From the NCBI GenBank assembly GCA_964567185.1, contig CAZMKZ010000002.1, positions 4,466-68,465 of the forward strand: a DNA stretch of 64,000 nt. Direction: 5' to 3'. The notes below the pieces were generated by a model that saw nothing but the letters and a program-made list of their open reading frames with translations, was not told the DNA's origin and did not search any database. The translations under genes were made by a program, and so were the position numbers. Positions 19,492-29,132 of the stretch are shown here, piece by piece; positions within the stretch are counted from its first letter, which is position 1; the number at the start of each line of letters is the position of its first letter. The stretch comes from an uncultured Thermodesulfobacteriota bacterium. GTDB lineage: Bacteria > Desulfobacterota > GWC2-55-46 > JADFVP01.

Positions 19492-20858
19492 GACCCGCTC
19501 GCCTCTAACTCCTTTATTAATATCCCAGGGGCTCCGATAGAGCCCAAAAACCTCATCTCCGATGAAGCGGCAATAACCCTGTTAAATAATTTCAAGAGGT
19601 TTCCGGCGATGGCCAGCCCCCTTACGGGATAGCGCAGTTTCCCGCCCTCTATCCACAACCCCGAGGCACCCAGCGAAAAATCTCCTGTAACGGGGTTTAT
19701 GGTGTGCACACCGAGGAGTTCCGTTATAAAAAGCCCGCGGCCGGCCTCGCCAAAGAGGTCCTCAATGGTCCCTGCGCCTGAGGGGACCTCCATATAAAGG
19801 TTGGTTATACCTACGCCGGGGGTATCCATATATCCCGAGCGCACCGCATTGCCCGTAGATACGGCCTTCATCTTTGCCGCCCAGTATGAATCAAAGAGAT
19901 ACCCCTGCAGGACGCCATCCTTTACAAGGGCCGTCTTCTGCACGGCAAGGCCCTCGGCGTCAGAGCTTGAAGTGGACCAGCCTCCACTCATGGAGCCGTC
20001 GTCCCATATATTCACTGCGCCGGAAAAGACCTTTTCCCCTACCTTGTCTCTCAACATGGATTTACCCTTTGCGAGATTGTCTCCAAGAAAAGAGCCTGAA
20101 AGGACCTCAAGCAGCTCGCAGACAACGGTATTTTCCAGCACTGCCGGGAGCTTTTCCGAGGTTATGGAGCGGGCGCCTAACATCCTCACCGCACGGACGG
20201 CGGCGCCTCGGCCCGCCTGATAGGGGTCTACATTCTTCCCCAGATGGTTAAGCGCCATGTCCCAGCCCATCTGCGCCTCGTCGCCGCGCTCGGCCACGGC
20301 GGTTACGTGGGCCGTATAAAAAGTCGCGCTCTGCCCTGCGTCCACCCCTTTTGAGTTAAGGACCCTTGTGCGCACCCTGCTAGCCTGATAAGAGGCCTTC
20401 CGCACCCTTGCCACCTCATCTGAATACTCCATGGCCCCCTTTTCCACGAGGATTGCCCCTTCTATGGCCGCATCGGCGAGCCCCGGCGCGTAAGAATCGT
20501 CATATACTCCCGAGGCTTCGGCAATAGTGCCGCCGCCGGCCTTTGGAATGGTCATAAAGGCGTCCCTGTCCGTGCCGAGGCTTCCCGAAAGCGCGTTTTT
20601 AACGGTTTCTTCGAGGGCTCTGGTCGAAAAATCGCTTGAAAAGGCAAAGCCCGGCCTGCCATCGAGTATTACCCTTACGCCTACGCCATGGCCGCTGTGG
20701 ACCTTAAGCGAGTCCACAACCTCGCCCCTGGACTCCGCGGACACGCCGTCATCATCCATGAAAAAGAGCTCATACTCATCGGCACGGCCCTTGAGGAGCC
20801 CCATCAGGCTATCAGCGGGACCAATAAATATCTGGTCATCAAGAGGATTTTCTTTCAT
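19488..20858 (-). CDS. TldD/PmbA family metalloprotease
   Basis: 456 aa with PmbA/TldD-type N- and C-domains. Confidence 0.8.
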   Translation of the reverse strand: MKENPLDDQIFIGPADSLMGLLKGRADEYELFFMDDDGVSAESRGEVVDSLKVHSGHGVGVRVILDGRPGFAFSSDFSTRALEETVKNALSGSLGTDRDAFMTIPKAGGGTIAEASGVYDDSYAPGLADAAIEGAILVEKGAMEYSDEVARVRKASYQASRVRTRVLNSKGVDAGQSATFYTAHVTAVAERGDEAQMGWDMALNHLGKNVDPYQAGRGAAVRAVRMLGARSITSEKLPAVLENTVVCELLEVLSGSFLGDNLAKGKSMLRDKVGEKVFSGAVNIWDDGSMSGGWSTSSSDAEGLAVQKTALVKDGVLQGYLFDSYWAAKMKAVSTGNAVRSGYMDTPGVGITNLYMEVPSGAGTIEDLFGEAGRGLFITELLGVHTINPVTGDFSLGASGLWIEGGKLRYPVRGLAIAGNLLKLFNRVIAASSEMRFLGSIGAPGILIKELEASGS

Positions 20859-20898
20859 AGCTCACCTTTTTTTCATAACGCCCATGGGCACGCGGGGC

Positions 20899-21414
20899 TC
20901 AACCCAGCACACGTTGCACAGCCGTCTCGTCACAACCGGGAAACTTTCTGCATAGTTTACAGTCTCCCCATATCTTCTGCGGCAAAAGCGACTTGTCCAC
21001 CACGCTAAAGCCCCTCTTTACAAAAAAATCAACGGCATATGTGAGGGCAAAGACCCTCTTCAGCCCGAGCGAAAGGGCTTCGCCAAGGGTGGCCTCCACA
21101 AGGGCGGACCCCGCGCCAAGACATCTAAAAGGCTCGGCCACGGCAAGGGAACGGACCTCGGCGAGGTCCTCGCCCCAGATATGAAGTGAGGCTATGCCCA
21201 CTATCGCCCCATCGCTCTCGGCTACGAAAAAATCTCTCAGCCGCGCGTATATCTCCTCAACGGGCCGTGCAAGCATCTCGTCTTTAGCGGCAAACTCCTG
21301 CACAAGGGCGAAGATGGCCCTTACGTCTCCTACCCTGGCCTTTCGCACCACTATCCCGGCAGGGGTTGCCTCTGGGCTTACGCCACGCCCTTCTCTTTTT
21401 AAGGATATTCCCAT
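20899..21414 (-). CDS. GNAT family N-acetyltransferase
   Basis: Acetyl-CoA binding motif (RCLGAGSALVEA). The start is trimmed to MGISLK at 21414, which overlaps the recN stop by 1 nt. The ORF-track start at 21501 would overlap recN. Confidence 0.7.
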   Translation of the reverse strand: MGISLKREGRGVSPEATPAGIVVRKARVGDVRAIFALVQEFAAKDEMLARPVEEIYARLRDFFVAESDGAIVGIASLHIWGEDLAEVRSLAVAEPFRCLGAGSALVEATLGEALSLGLKRVFALTYAVDFFVKRGFSVVDKSLLPQKIWGDCKLCRKFPGCDETAVQRVLG

Positions 21415-23126
21415 CAGGACAACCTCTCCCGGGCCGAGCCCATAAGCTCTCTCGCGTGCCCTCTTGTAGTATCCGTTACATTTTCGCCGCCAAGCATCCA
21501 TGCAATCTGCTCAAGACACTCTTCGTTATTCAGCCGTTGCACCGTAGCAACGGTCCTCTCGTCCACCCCGCCCTCTGCACCTTCAGCGGGAACAATCTCC
21601 TTTTTCACCACAAAGTGGTCGTCGGCAGAGGCCGCTATCTGCGGCAGATGCGTAATACATAGCACCTGATGCCCGCTTGAGAGGGCCTTGAGCTTTGCCC
21701 CCACCACATGGGCCATGGCCCCGCCGATGCCCGTATCTATCTCGTCGAATATAAGGGTAGGTACCCTTCCGGCGGAGCTGATGGTCTTGATGGCGAGCAT
21801 TATCCTTGAAAGCTCCCCGCCTGAGGCCACCTTTGAGAGGGGTTTTACCTCTTCGCCGGGGTTTGCGGAAATATAGAATGAGGCCCTCTCGGCCCCCCTT
21901 GCAGTGAGCCTCGGCTGGGCATTGTCCTGCTCCGCCCTCATGACCACCTCAAAGACGGCCCCCCTCATGCCCAGGGTGGCAAGCTCGCTCTCCATCCTTG
22001 CCTTGAGTTCCGCGGCTGTCCGGCCCCTCTTCTCCGAGAGCCTGACGGCAACCTCTCTTGCCTTCTGTTCCCTCTGTTCAAGCTCTTTGCCAAGGGCGGC
22101 CATCTTATCGTCAAGGTCTGTCATGCCCGCAAGCTCGCCGTCTATCTTTTCTTTTAATTTCGCGATGCCCTCAAGGGTGGGGGCATATTTTTTCTTAAGT
22201 TCCTCAATGCGAAAGAGCCTATCGTCAATTTGCTCAAGCCTCGCACCGTCGAACTCCACGCTATGGGCGCGGTCCCGCAGAACCGTGCCTGCGTCCTCAA
22301 GCTGATAGAGGCTTGACTCAAGGCCGGTGATGGTCCCGGCTATCCCGGCGTCAAAGGGTGCGACATCTTTCAACTCCCTTAAGACCGCTCCGAGGCGCTC
22401 CGTAATGGCGCCTGAATCCGAGTATATCACCCTCTCGGCATTAAGTGCCGCGCCCTTTATCTTTTCGGCGTTTACGAGCATATCCCTTAATTTTCCAAGC
22501 TCTTCATCCTCTCCCGGAACCAGTGCCGCCTCTTCTATCTCCTTTGACTGAAAGGCAAGAAGGTCACGACGCGCGGCCGTGCCTCCGGCACCGCGCAAAA
22601 GTGAATCACGCTCTCTCACGATAGAGAGATAATCTTCATAGGCAGAGCGCATCTCCCGCCTCAAGGGCAAAAGCCCGCCAAAGGCGTCAAGGACATCAAG
22701 GTGCTCATCAATGCGGGTAAGGCTCTGGTGCTCGCTCTGGCCGTATATGTCGATAAGGTTTCGGGTAATTTCGGTCAGGGTGACAAGGGTGGCGAGGCTC
22801 CCGTTGATGTATATCCTGTTCCTTCCGGCCCGGGCCACGATGCGTTTAACGACAAGGTCTTCGGCAGGTTCGATACCGGCCTCATTGAGGATATGGGCCA
22901 GGCCCTTTACACCGGAGACATCAAAGAGGGCCTCAACCTCGGCTGACCCGCAACCCGTGCGGACCACCTCTCCGGCGGCCCTGTCGCCGAGGACAAGGGC
23001 GATGGCGTCTATGATAATGCTCTTGCCCGCGCCGGTCTCGCCAGTAAAGACATTAAAACCCCCGCCAAAATCAATGACGAGGTTCTCTATGATAGCAAAG
23101 TCTTTTATCCTCAGTTCTACAAGCAT
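21414..23126 (-). CDS. recN: DNA repair protein RecN
   Basis: N-terminal Walker A (FTGETGAGKS), long coiled coil, and C-terminal signature/Walker B (LIFDEIDTGIGG). Confidence 0.92.
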   Translation of the reverse strand: MLVELRIKDFAIIENLVIDFGGGFNVFTGETGAGKSIIIDAIALVLGDRAAGEVVRTGCGSAEVEALFDVSGVKGLAHILNEAGIEPAEDLVVKRIVARAGRNRIYINGSLATLVTLTEITRNLIDIYGQSEHQSLTRIDEHLDVLDAFGGLLPLRREMRSAYEDYLSIVRERDSLLRGAGGTAARRDLLAFQSKEIEEAALVPGEDEELGKLRDMLVNAEKIKGAALNAERVIYSDSGAITERLGAVLRELKDVAPFDAGIAGTITGLESSLYQLEDAGTVLRDRAHSVEFDGARLEQIDDRLFRIEELKKKYAPTLEGIAKLKEKIDGELAGMTDLDDKMAALGKELEQREQKAREVAVRLSEKRGRTAAELKARMESELATLGMRGAVFEVVMRAEQDNAQPRLTARGAERASFYISANPGEEVKPLSKVASGGELSRIMLAIKTISSAGRVPTLIFDEIDTGIGGAMAHVVGAKLKALSSGHQVLCITHLPQIAASADDHFVVKKEIVPAEGAEGGVDERTVATVQRLNNEECLEQIAWMLGGENVTDTTRGHARELMGSARERLS

Positions 23127-23138
23127 CTTGAAGAGGGC

Positions 23139-24011
23139 TCAGCCCTTGTTTACCCTTGAGTCCCACATGAGTCTCTGTCTGAGTATATCAAAATAACTTT
23201 TCCCTTCATACTTAATTAAGTAGACGCTCGTCTCGGCCCGCTTGATGGTAATCACATCGCCGCACTCCAGAGAGGCGTCTTGCTCTCCGTCAAGGACGAG
23301 GACGATATTATCCTGCCCCGGACAGACGCTAATCTCAACGACCATCCAGTCAGGGATGACCACGGGGCGGTTCATGAGGTTAAATGGGCATATGGGCGCA
23401 ACCGTTATGGAATGTATGGTGGGGTAGAGTATGGGGCCTGAGGCCGATAGTGAGTATGCCGTAGACCCCGTGGGGGTGGCTACTATAAGGCCGTCGGCCC
23501 TGTATGTAGTGACATATTCCCTGTTAATGCTCGTCTCCAGCCTTATGAGGCGCACGGAAAGCCCCTTGACCACGGCCTCGTTAAGGACATTGTAAGAAGA
23601 GACGAGATCGCCTCCGCGTCTGTGTTCCACGGAAAGCATCATGCGCTGCTCTATGGAAAAGTCTCCGCTGAGGACCTTTTTCACCATGGCGCGGGCCTCT
23701 TTTACCGTAACGGAAGTAAGAAAACCAAGCCCCCCGAGGTTTATGCCCAGAACAGGGATATCCCTGCCCGCCACAAGCCTTGCCGCCCGCAGCATGGTGC
23801 CGTCTCCGCCAAGAACGATAAGCACGTCTATGGCATCGAAGAGGTCCTCCGGGGCGCCGCCTCCTGCCACAATGGAGGGGTCGATAAGGGATCCAAGCCC
23901 CTTTGTGACGTAAAGCTCGCCGCCGCACTTTTTTATCCAGCCTGCAAGCTCACAGCCAAAGCTCAGGGCCTTGGAGTTGGACTCATTGACTATCATCCCT
24001 GTTTTTTTCAC
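23139..24011 (-). CDS. nadK: NAD(+) kinase
   Basis: GGDGTML motif. The nadK-recN gene pair is a conserved arrangement. Confidence 0.9.
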   Translation of the reverse strand: MKKTGMIVNESNSKALSFGCELAGWIKKCGGELYVTKGLGSLIDPSIVAGGGAPEDLFDAIDVLIVLGGDGTMLRAARLVAGRDIPVLGINLGGLGFLTSVTVKEARAMVKKVLSGDFSIEQRMMLSVEHRRGGDLVSSYNVLNEAVVKGLSVRLIRLETSINREYVTTYRADGLIVATPTGSTAYSLSASGPILYPTIHSITVAPICPFNLMNRPVVIPDWMVVEISVCPGQDNIVLVLDGEQDASLECGDVITIKRAETSVYLIKYEGKSYFDILRQRLMWDSRVNKG

Positions 24012-24080
24012 TGGAAGCCACCTCTACAGTCAACCACACGAAGAAAAAGGACAAAAGGGCGAAGAAAAGGAACGGAAAAA

Positions 24081-25103
24081 CTACGTATTCGGCTCTATGA
24101 TTACCTTTATGGAATCATCGGCCTCGCTGACAAGGGCAAAGCCCTTTGCGGCCTCATCAATGCCGAGCCTGTGCGTAATCATATCAGATACATCAACCGC
24201 GCCCCCCTCGATAAGGTCAAGGGCCGTGAGGGTATCCGTGGGCGGTGAGGCATAGGTGTTTATCATGGTGATGTTATCGCGCCAGAGCTCGAATAGGGGC
24301 AGGGGAAAGGTCTGGCCGGGCATGCCGGGGGCAAAAAAGAGGAGCGTTCCCGCCCTCTCAACAGACCCTATGGCCTGCCTTACGGCCGCCGGGCTTCCGG
24401 CGCATATGGCCACAATGTCGGCCCCACGGCCAAAGGCCTTACTAACCATTGCGGGAACATCAAGACGGGCGTTAAAGACAAAATCCGCTCCCGCGGCCTC
24501 GGCCATCTTCAGCCTCGTATCATTTATGTCCGTAGCCGCCACGGCAGAGGCGCCGAGGGCCTTTGCGAGTTTAATATGAAGAAGCCCCGAGATGCCGCTC
24601 CCCAGGACAAGCACATTCAAGCCCGCCGTCATACCTGCCTTACGGAGGCCGCGCACCACGCACCCGAGGGGCTCGGCAAAGGTAGCGTCCTCGAAGGTCA
24701 TGTCAGGGGGAAGGATAAACGTGCCCCTCTCCACATTAATGGCGGGCACTCGGATATACTGAGCGAATCCGCCGGGATAGAAGTTCGTTGTGCGAAGGGT
24801 ATCGCATACAGAGAACTCGCCGCGAAGACAATACCTGCACGTATTGCAGGGCACATGGTGGGCCACGGTAACTCGGTCTCCGGGGACGAACTTCGTAACG
24901 CCCGCGCCGGCCTTTTCAACCACTCCGGCCACCTCGTGACCGAGCACAAGGGGGGCCTTTTTAATCCTGTACCACTCCATGACGTCGCTGCCGCAGATGC
25001 CGCTTGCCATGACCTTGACGAGCATCTCGCCGCGCCCGATTTCCGGCACGGCCATCTCCTCGACGCGCACGTCGCTGTTATTATAATAAACAGCCGCTTT
25101 CAA
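24081..25103 (-). CDS. Zinc-dependent alcohol dehydrogenase, MDR family (threonine/sorbitol dehydrogenase-like)
   Basis: GHEVAGVVEKAG with catalytic and structural zinc Cys ligands, plus a Rossmann fold (GSGISGL). Confidence 0.8.
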   Translation of the reverse strand: MKAAVYYNNSDVRVEEMAVPEIGRGEMLVKVMASGICGSDVMEWYRIKKAPLVLGHEVAGVVEKAGAGVTKFVPGDRVTVAHHVPCNTCRYCLRGEFSVCDTLRTTNFYPGGFAQYIRVPAINVERGTFILPPDMTFEDATFAEPLGCVVRGLRKAGMTAGLNVLVLGSGISGLLHIKLAKALGASAVAATDINDTRLKMAEAAGADFVFNARLDVPAMVSKAFGRGADIVAICAGSPAAVRQAIGSVERAGTLLFFAPGMPGQTFPLPLFELWRDNITMINTYASPPTDTLTALDLIEGGAVDVSDMITHRLGIDEAAKGFALVSEADDSIKVIIEPNT

Positions 25104-25117
25104 TAGTTCTTTTCCTT

Positions 25118-25918
25118 TCAGGCCCGGGCAGGGGCCTTTTCGCCTGCCAGCGTATTAAAGAGCTCAAAGGCCTTTGCCGGCTCCATGTTGTTATGCACCA
25201 CCTCGCGCACGGCCTTTATCATGGCCACGGGGTGAGTGGACTGAAAGATATTCCTGCCCATATCAACGCCGACGGCGCCGTCATTCACGGCCCTGTAGGC
25301 GATATCAAGGGCGTCGCGCTCGGCCACCTTCTTGCCCCCTGCGATGACCACGGGCACCGGGCAATTTCTGACGACCTTCTGAAAATCATCGCAGTAATAG
25401 GTCTTCACCACATTCGCCCCGAGCTCGGCGGCTATCCTGCAGGCAAGGCCAAGGTACCGCGCGTCCCTTGCCATCTCTTTACCAACGGCGGTTACGGCAA
25501 GGGTGGGGATGCCGTATGAGCCGGCAAGGTCTACAAGCTCTGCAAGGCCGAGAAGAGACTGCTTTTCAAGCTCCGAGCCCACAAAAATTGAAAGCGCCAC
25601 ACCGGCCACGTTGAGGCGCACGGCGTCTTCCATGGCCACGGTCCTGCCCTCGTTGGCAAGGTTGCCGAGTATGCTCGTGCCGCCTGATACGCGGAGCACT
25701 ATGGGCGTATCCGTCTCCGGGGAGATACAGGTGCGCAGAACGCCCCTTGTAAGCATGAGGGTATCGGCGTGCGGCATAAGAGGCGCGGCAGTTTTACCGG
25801 GCTCTTCAAGCCCTGTCGTGGGGCCGAGAAAATATCCATGGTCAATGGCAAGCATGACGGTCCTGCCCGTATCGGGCCTTATAATCCTTGATAAACGGTT
25901 CTTCATACCCCAGTCCAT
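25118..25918 (-). CDS. Class I aldolase of the DhnA/LsrF/AroA' family
   Basis: TIM-barrel DhnA-type sequence (MLAIDHG...VKT...IAGG) that aligns by eye with the archaeal ADH synthase and fructose-bisphosphate aldolase class I family. Confidence 0.7.
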   Translation of the reverse strand: MDWGMKNRLSRIIRPDTGRTVMLAIDHGYFLGPTTGLEEPGKTAAPLMPHADTLMLTRGVLRTCISPETDTPIVLRVSGGTSILGNLANEGRTVAMEDAVRLNVAGVALSIFVGSELEKQSLLGLAELVDLAGSYGIPTLAVTAVGKEMARDARYLGLACRIAAELGANVVKTYYCDDFQKVVRNCPVPVVIAGGKKVAERDALDIAYRAVNDGAVGVDMGRNIFQSTHPVAMIKAVREVVHNNMEPAKAFELFNTLAGEKAPARA

Positions 25919-26197
25919 AATGTAGTCCTCCTTGAATTAGCTGTACTGCAAAACTTGGATTATTATCAAAATAAAATATGCCGGCAGGCCCTTCATGCCG
26001 CTTTTTTTGGCGGGCAAAGCCCGCCCTGCAAGGCTATCCTGTCCGCTCCATATTCCCCATCATAAGGCAGGCAAATTATCTGCGCCTTTCCCGGTATAAT
26101 GGGGCCTCTTTATCTTAAACAGAATATCAGCACAGCGCCGCCGCGTCAAGACCGGCAGAGCCGCGCAGGCCCCTGCATCCGTAAAGACCAAAAAATA

Positions 26198-26470
26198 TCA
26201 GGCGTCTTTATCGGCAAAAAACTTTTCCTTGCACTCAGGGCCGCAAAAATACACCACACCCCGCCGGGACCTCACCTTGAGGGCCTCGCTCATGGGGACG
26301 TAGCTCTTGCAGACGGGGTCCTGCACCATCTCTTCCTCTTCTCTGGCGGGTTTCGGAGGCGCGGGCGTGGCGTGGCCCCGCCCTTGCTGAACGCGCCGTT
26401 TCGAACCGAAACGTCCCTTCAGTATCATATAGATGAGATAACCAAGGAGTATGTAAAAGAGAAATTTCAT
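26198..26470 (-). CDS. Small membrane-anchored YHS/TRASH-domain protein
   Basis: N-terminal TM helix, then DPVCKSYV...YFCGPECKEKF. It overlaps the folK stop by 4 nt. Confidence 0.6.
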   Translation of the reverse strand: MKFLFYILLGYLIYMILKGRFGSKRRVQQGRGHATPAPPKPAREEEEMVQDPVCKSYVPMSEALKVRSRRGVVYFCGPECKEKFFADKDA

Positions 26471-26973
26471 ATTTTATCCGGGATCAGCCTCTTAACCCTC
26501 GCCCCTCCCCCTGGCCCGCCAATAAGCCCCCTTATGGACTCATTAAAAAGGGGGTGAATAAAATCAGGGGCAATATCCACCATGGGGACCATGACAAAGG
26601 CCCTCTCGTGGAGACGCGGATGGGGCACCGTAAGGCACGGCCCGTCTATTACGCGTCGGCCGAAAAAAAGTATATCAAGGTCAATGACCCTTGGCCCCCA
26701 TCTCCTGCCGCGCTCCCTGCCAAGCCTTCGTTCAAGCCTCTTAAGATATGTCAGTAACCCATAGGGGCCAAGCGTTGTGCGCGCCTCGATTACGGCGTTG
26801 ATAAAGGGCCTCTGCCCGGGGAGCCCCCAGGGGGGCGTCTCGTAAAAAGGGCTCGTCCTTATGAGCCTCAGCTCAGGGGCCTCATTCAGGGACTTCATGG
26901 CGAAAAGGCAGTTCTTACGGCGAGAGCCCCTGTTGGAGCCAATGCCTATGAAGACCCTCTCTCTACTATCCAT
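26467..26973 (-). CDS. folK: 2-amino-4-hydroxy-6-hydroxymethyldihydropteridine pyrophosphokinase (HPPK)
   Basis: VFIGIGSN...ETPPWG HPPK motifs. The start is trimmed to MDSRER to avoid overlap with dapL. Confidence 0.85.
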   Translation of the reverse strand: MDSRERVFIGIGSNRGSRRKNCLFAMKSLNEAPELRLIRTSPFYETPPWGLPGQRPFINAVIEARTTLGPYGLLTYLKRLERRLGRERGRRWGPRVIDLDILFFGRRVIDGPCLTVPHPRLHERAFVMVPMVDIAPDFIHPLFNESIRGLIGGPGGGARVKRLIPDKI

Positions 26974-27001
26974 TACTTGTACTTGCAGGCCCGGTGGGCC
27001 G

Positions 27002-28237
27002 CTAAAACTCAAGGGCAAGGGCAGATAGCCTCGAGCGGAGCTCGCCCACCACCCTCTTTTCATCGGCCTCGTCAAGGGCCGCAAAGGTAGCCGAAAAACG
27101 CAGATAGGCCCCGGCGTTATCCCAGGGCACGGTGGAGATATGCGCTTTTTTAATCAAATACTCCGAGGCGTCCTCGGCACTGCCAAACCTCGCCCCATCC
27201 GCGGCGCCCACAGGGGCCTTCACATAGAGATAAAAGGTCCCGCCAGGCATTTTTGCGTTAAAACCGCAGGCACCAAGGGCCTCTGCCATATGCGCGAGCC
27301 TGCGCTTGTATTTAGCTGATATTTCTTCGGTTATTTCAGGGTTTGCCAGTGCCTCCATGCCGGCCTTCTGTATGGCCTTGAACTGGCCGGAATCATAGTT
27401 GTCCTTCACATGGGCAAAGGCGCCGATGACCTTGCTGTTGCCCGCGAGAAAGGCGAGCCTCCAGCCCGTCATGTTATAGGCCTTTGAAAGAGAATGAATC
27501 TCTACGCCAACGTCCATTGCACCCGGTGTCGAGAGAAAGCTCAGCGGCGCGCCTGTATGGCTAAGCGCCGCGTAGGCCGCGTCATGGACTACGATAATAC
27601 TGTTGGCGCGGGCAAACTCCACGACTCCGCGAAAAAATTCCTCTGTCGCCGCCGCGCCCGTGGGGTTGTTGGGATAATTGAGATAGAGGAGTTTTGCCCT
27701 CTTGAGGTCTTGCCCGCTTATGGCCTCAAGGTCAGGCAAAAAGCCGTTAGTTTCCAGTAGCGGCAGCTCTATGACAGAACCGCCGTGCCAGAGCGTGTGC
27801 GTTGCCATTACAGGGTAGCCCGGCGTGGTCATGAGCATGGCGTCGCCTTCATTTATAAAGGCGTCGGGCAGCATGGCGAGGGCGCATTTGGAACCTATGG
27901 AGTGTATGACCTCTTTATCGGGGTCAAGCCCATTTACGCCAAAGACACGCCCCATGTACTTTGCGGCCGCTCCCTTGAACTCGGCTATGCCGTTATCGGC
28001 GTAGCCCCTGTTCTCCGGCTTTTCGCATTCCCTCTTCAGGGCCTCCACCACTACGGGAAATGCCATGGCGTCAGGCTCGCCTACGCCAAAGTCAAGGAGC
28101 TCGCGCTCCGGGTCCGCGGCCATGGCCGCGGCCTTGGCCCTCTTTATCTTCTCGAACTTGTATATCTTCGTGGATTTTCCAAAGGAACTTCCGCCGAGCC
28201 TCTCGGCGATGAGCCCCTGCATGTAGTCTTCGGTCAT
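27002..28237 (-). CDS. dapL: LL-diaminopimelate aminotransferase-like class I/II aminotransferase
   Basis: 411 aa, PLP fold with SKAYNMTGWR, and a DapL-type N-terminus (LDFGVGEPD). Confidence 0.75.
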   Translation of the reverse strand: MTEDYMQGLIAERLGGSSFGKSTKIYKFEKIKRAKAAAMAADPERELLDFGVGEPDAMAFPVVVEALKRECEKPENRGYADNGIAEFKGAAAKYMGRVFGVNGLDPDKEVIHSIGSKCALAMLPDAFINEGDAMLMTTPGYPVMATHTLWHGGSVIELPLLETNGFLPDLEAISGQDLKRAKLLYLNYPNNPTGAAATEEFFRGVVEFARANSIIVVHDAAYAALSHTGAPLSFLSTPGAMDVGVEIHSLSKAYNMTGWRLAFLAGNSKVIGAFAHVKDNYDSGQFKAIQKAGMEALANPEITEEISAKYKRRLAHMAEALGACGFNAKMPGGTFYLYVKAPVGAADGARFGSAEDASEYLIKKAHISTVPWDNAGAYLRFSATFAALDEADEKRVVGELRSRLSALALEF

Positions 28238-28294
28238 CTATTTTCTCCTGAACGTATTATTACGGGGCCCAAAGAACGGCCCAGCGCCAACTCC

Positions 28295-29074
28295 TCATGC
28301 AACGGTATTTACGAGAGCGCCTATGCCCTCTACGCGTATCTCTACGGTATCACCCGATTTCATCTTGCCGACCCCGGGGGGCGTGCCAGTGGCGATTACG
28401 TCACCGGGCAGCAGTGTCATTACCTTCGAGACAAAACTCACCAGCTCAAAGACATTGAAAATCATATCAGCGGTATTGGCGCCCTGCCGTCTCTCGCCGT
28501 TCAAAAAGGCCTCAATAGTGACGGCATTCGGGTCAAGCTCTGTCTCTATCCACGGCCCCATGGGGGCGAAGGTATCAAAACTCTTTGCCCTGGTCCACTG
28601 CCCGTCCCTGCCCTGAAGGTCCCTTGCCGTAACGTCATTAAAGGCCGTGTAGCCGAGTATGCAGGACCGCGCCCCAGAGGGGCTTACGTCCTTTGCTCTC
28701 CTGCCCATAACAACTGCAAGCTCTGCCTCGTAATCCACCCTGTGAGACATATGCTTCGGGTAGATTATCTCATCCCCGGGGCCTATTACAGCGGTAGAGG
28801 GTTTTATGAAGAACAGGGGCTCACAAGGCAATTTTTGATTAAACTCCGCGGCGTGCGCCCTGTAATTAAGCCCTATGGCCGCTATCTTTGAGGGTAAGAC
28901 CGGGGCAAGAAGCCGCACATCCTCAAGTTTGAAATAATCGCCTTTCTGCGGGTTTTCAACGCCCCCTCCGAAAAAATCAACGGCGGATATTTCATAAAGC
29001 CCCTCACTCTTGCCATCATTTTCCATAACGGCGAAATGAGTTCCGTGCCCCGAAGAAAAACGCGCAAGCCTCAT
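28295..29074 (-). CDS. Fumarylacetoacetate hydrolase (FAH) family protein
   Basis: FAH fold signature in a 259-aa ORF. Confidence 0.8.
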   Translation of the reverse strand: MRLARFSSGHGTHFAVMENDGKSEGLYEISAVDFFGGGVENPQKGDYFKLEDVRLLAPVLPSKIAAIGLNYRAHAAEFNQKLPCEPLFFIKPSTAVIGPGDEIIYPKHMSHRVDYEAELAVVMGRRAKDVSPSGARSCILGYTAFNDVTARDLQGRDGQWTRAKSFDTFAPMGPWIETELDPNAVTIEAFLNGERRQGANTADMIFNVFELVSFVSKVMTLLPGDVIATGTPPGVGKMKSGDTVEIRVEGIGALVNTVA

Positions 29075-29132
29075 GTGACAGGGGCCTCAAGACCTGTGGC
29101 CATGGTCATGAAATGACCTTCACAGGCAGACA

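Noticed and set aside
25919-26197. Hairpins and a TATAAT-like element between the aldolase start and the YHS gene, with a 152-aa plus-strand ORF at 26099-26557
   Set aside because: No plus-strand gene is supported here because the ORF is antisense to the YHS and folK genes. The hairpins lack a proper U-tract orientation, so this is ordinary divergent/convergent intergenic sequence.
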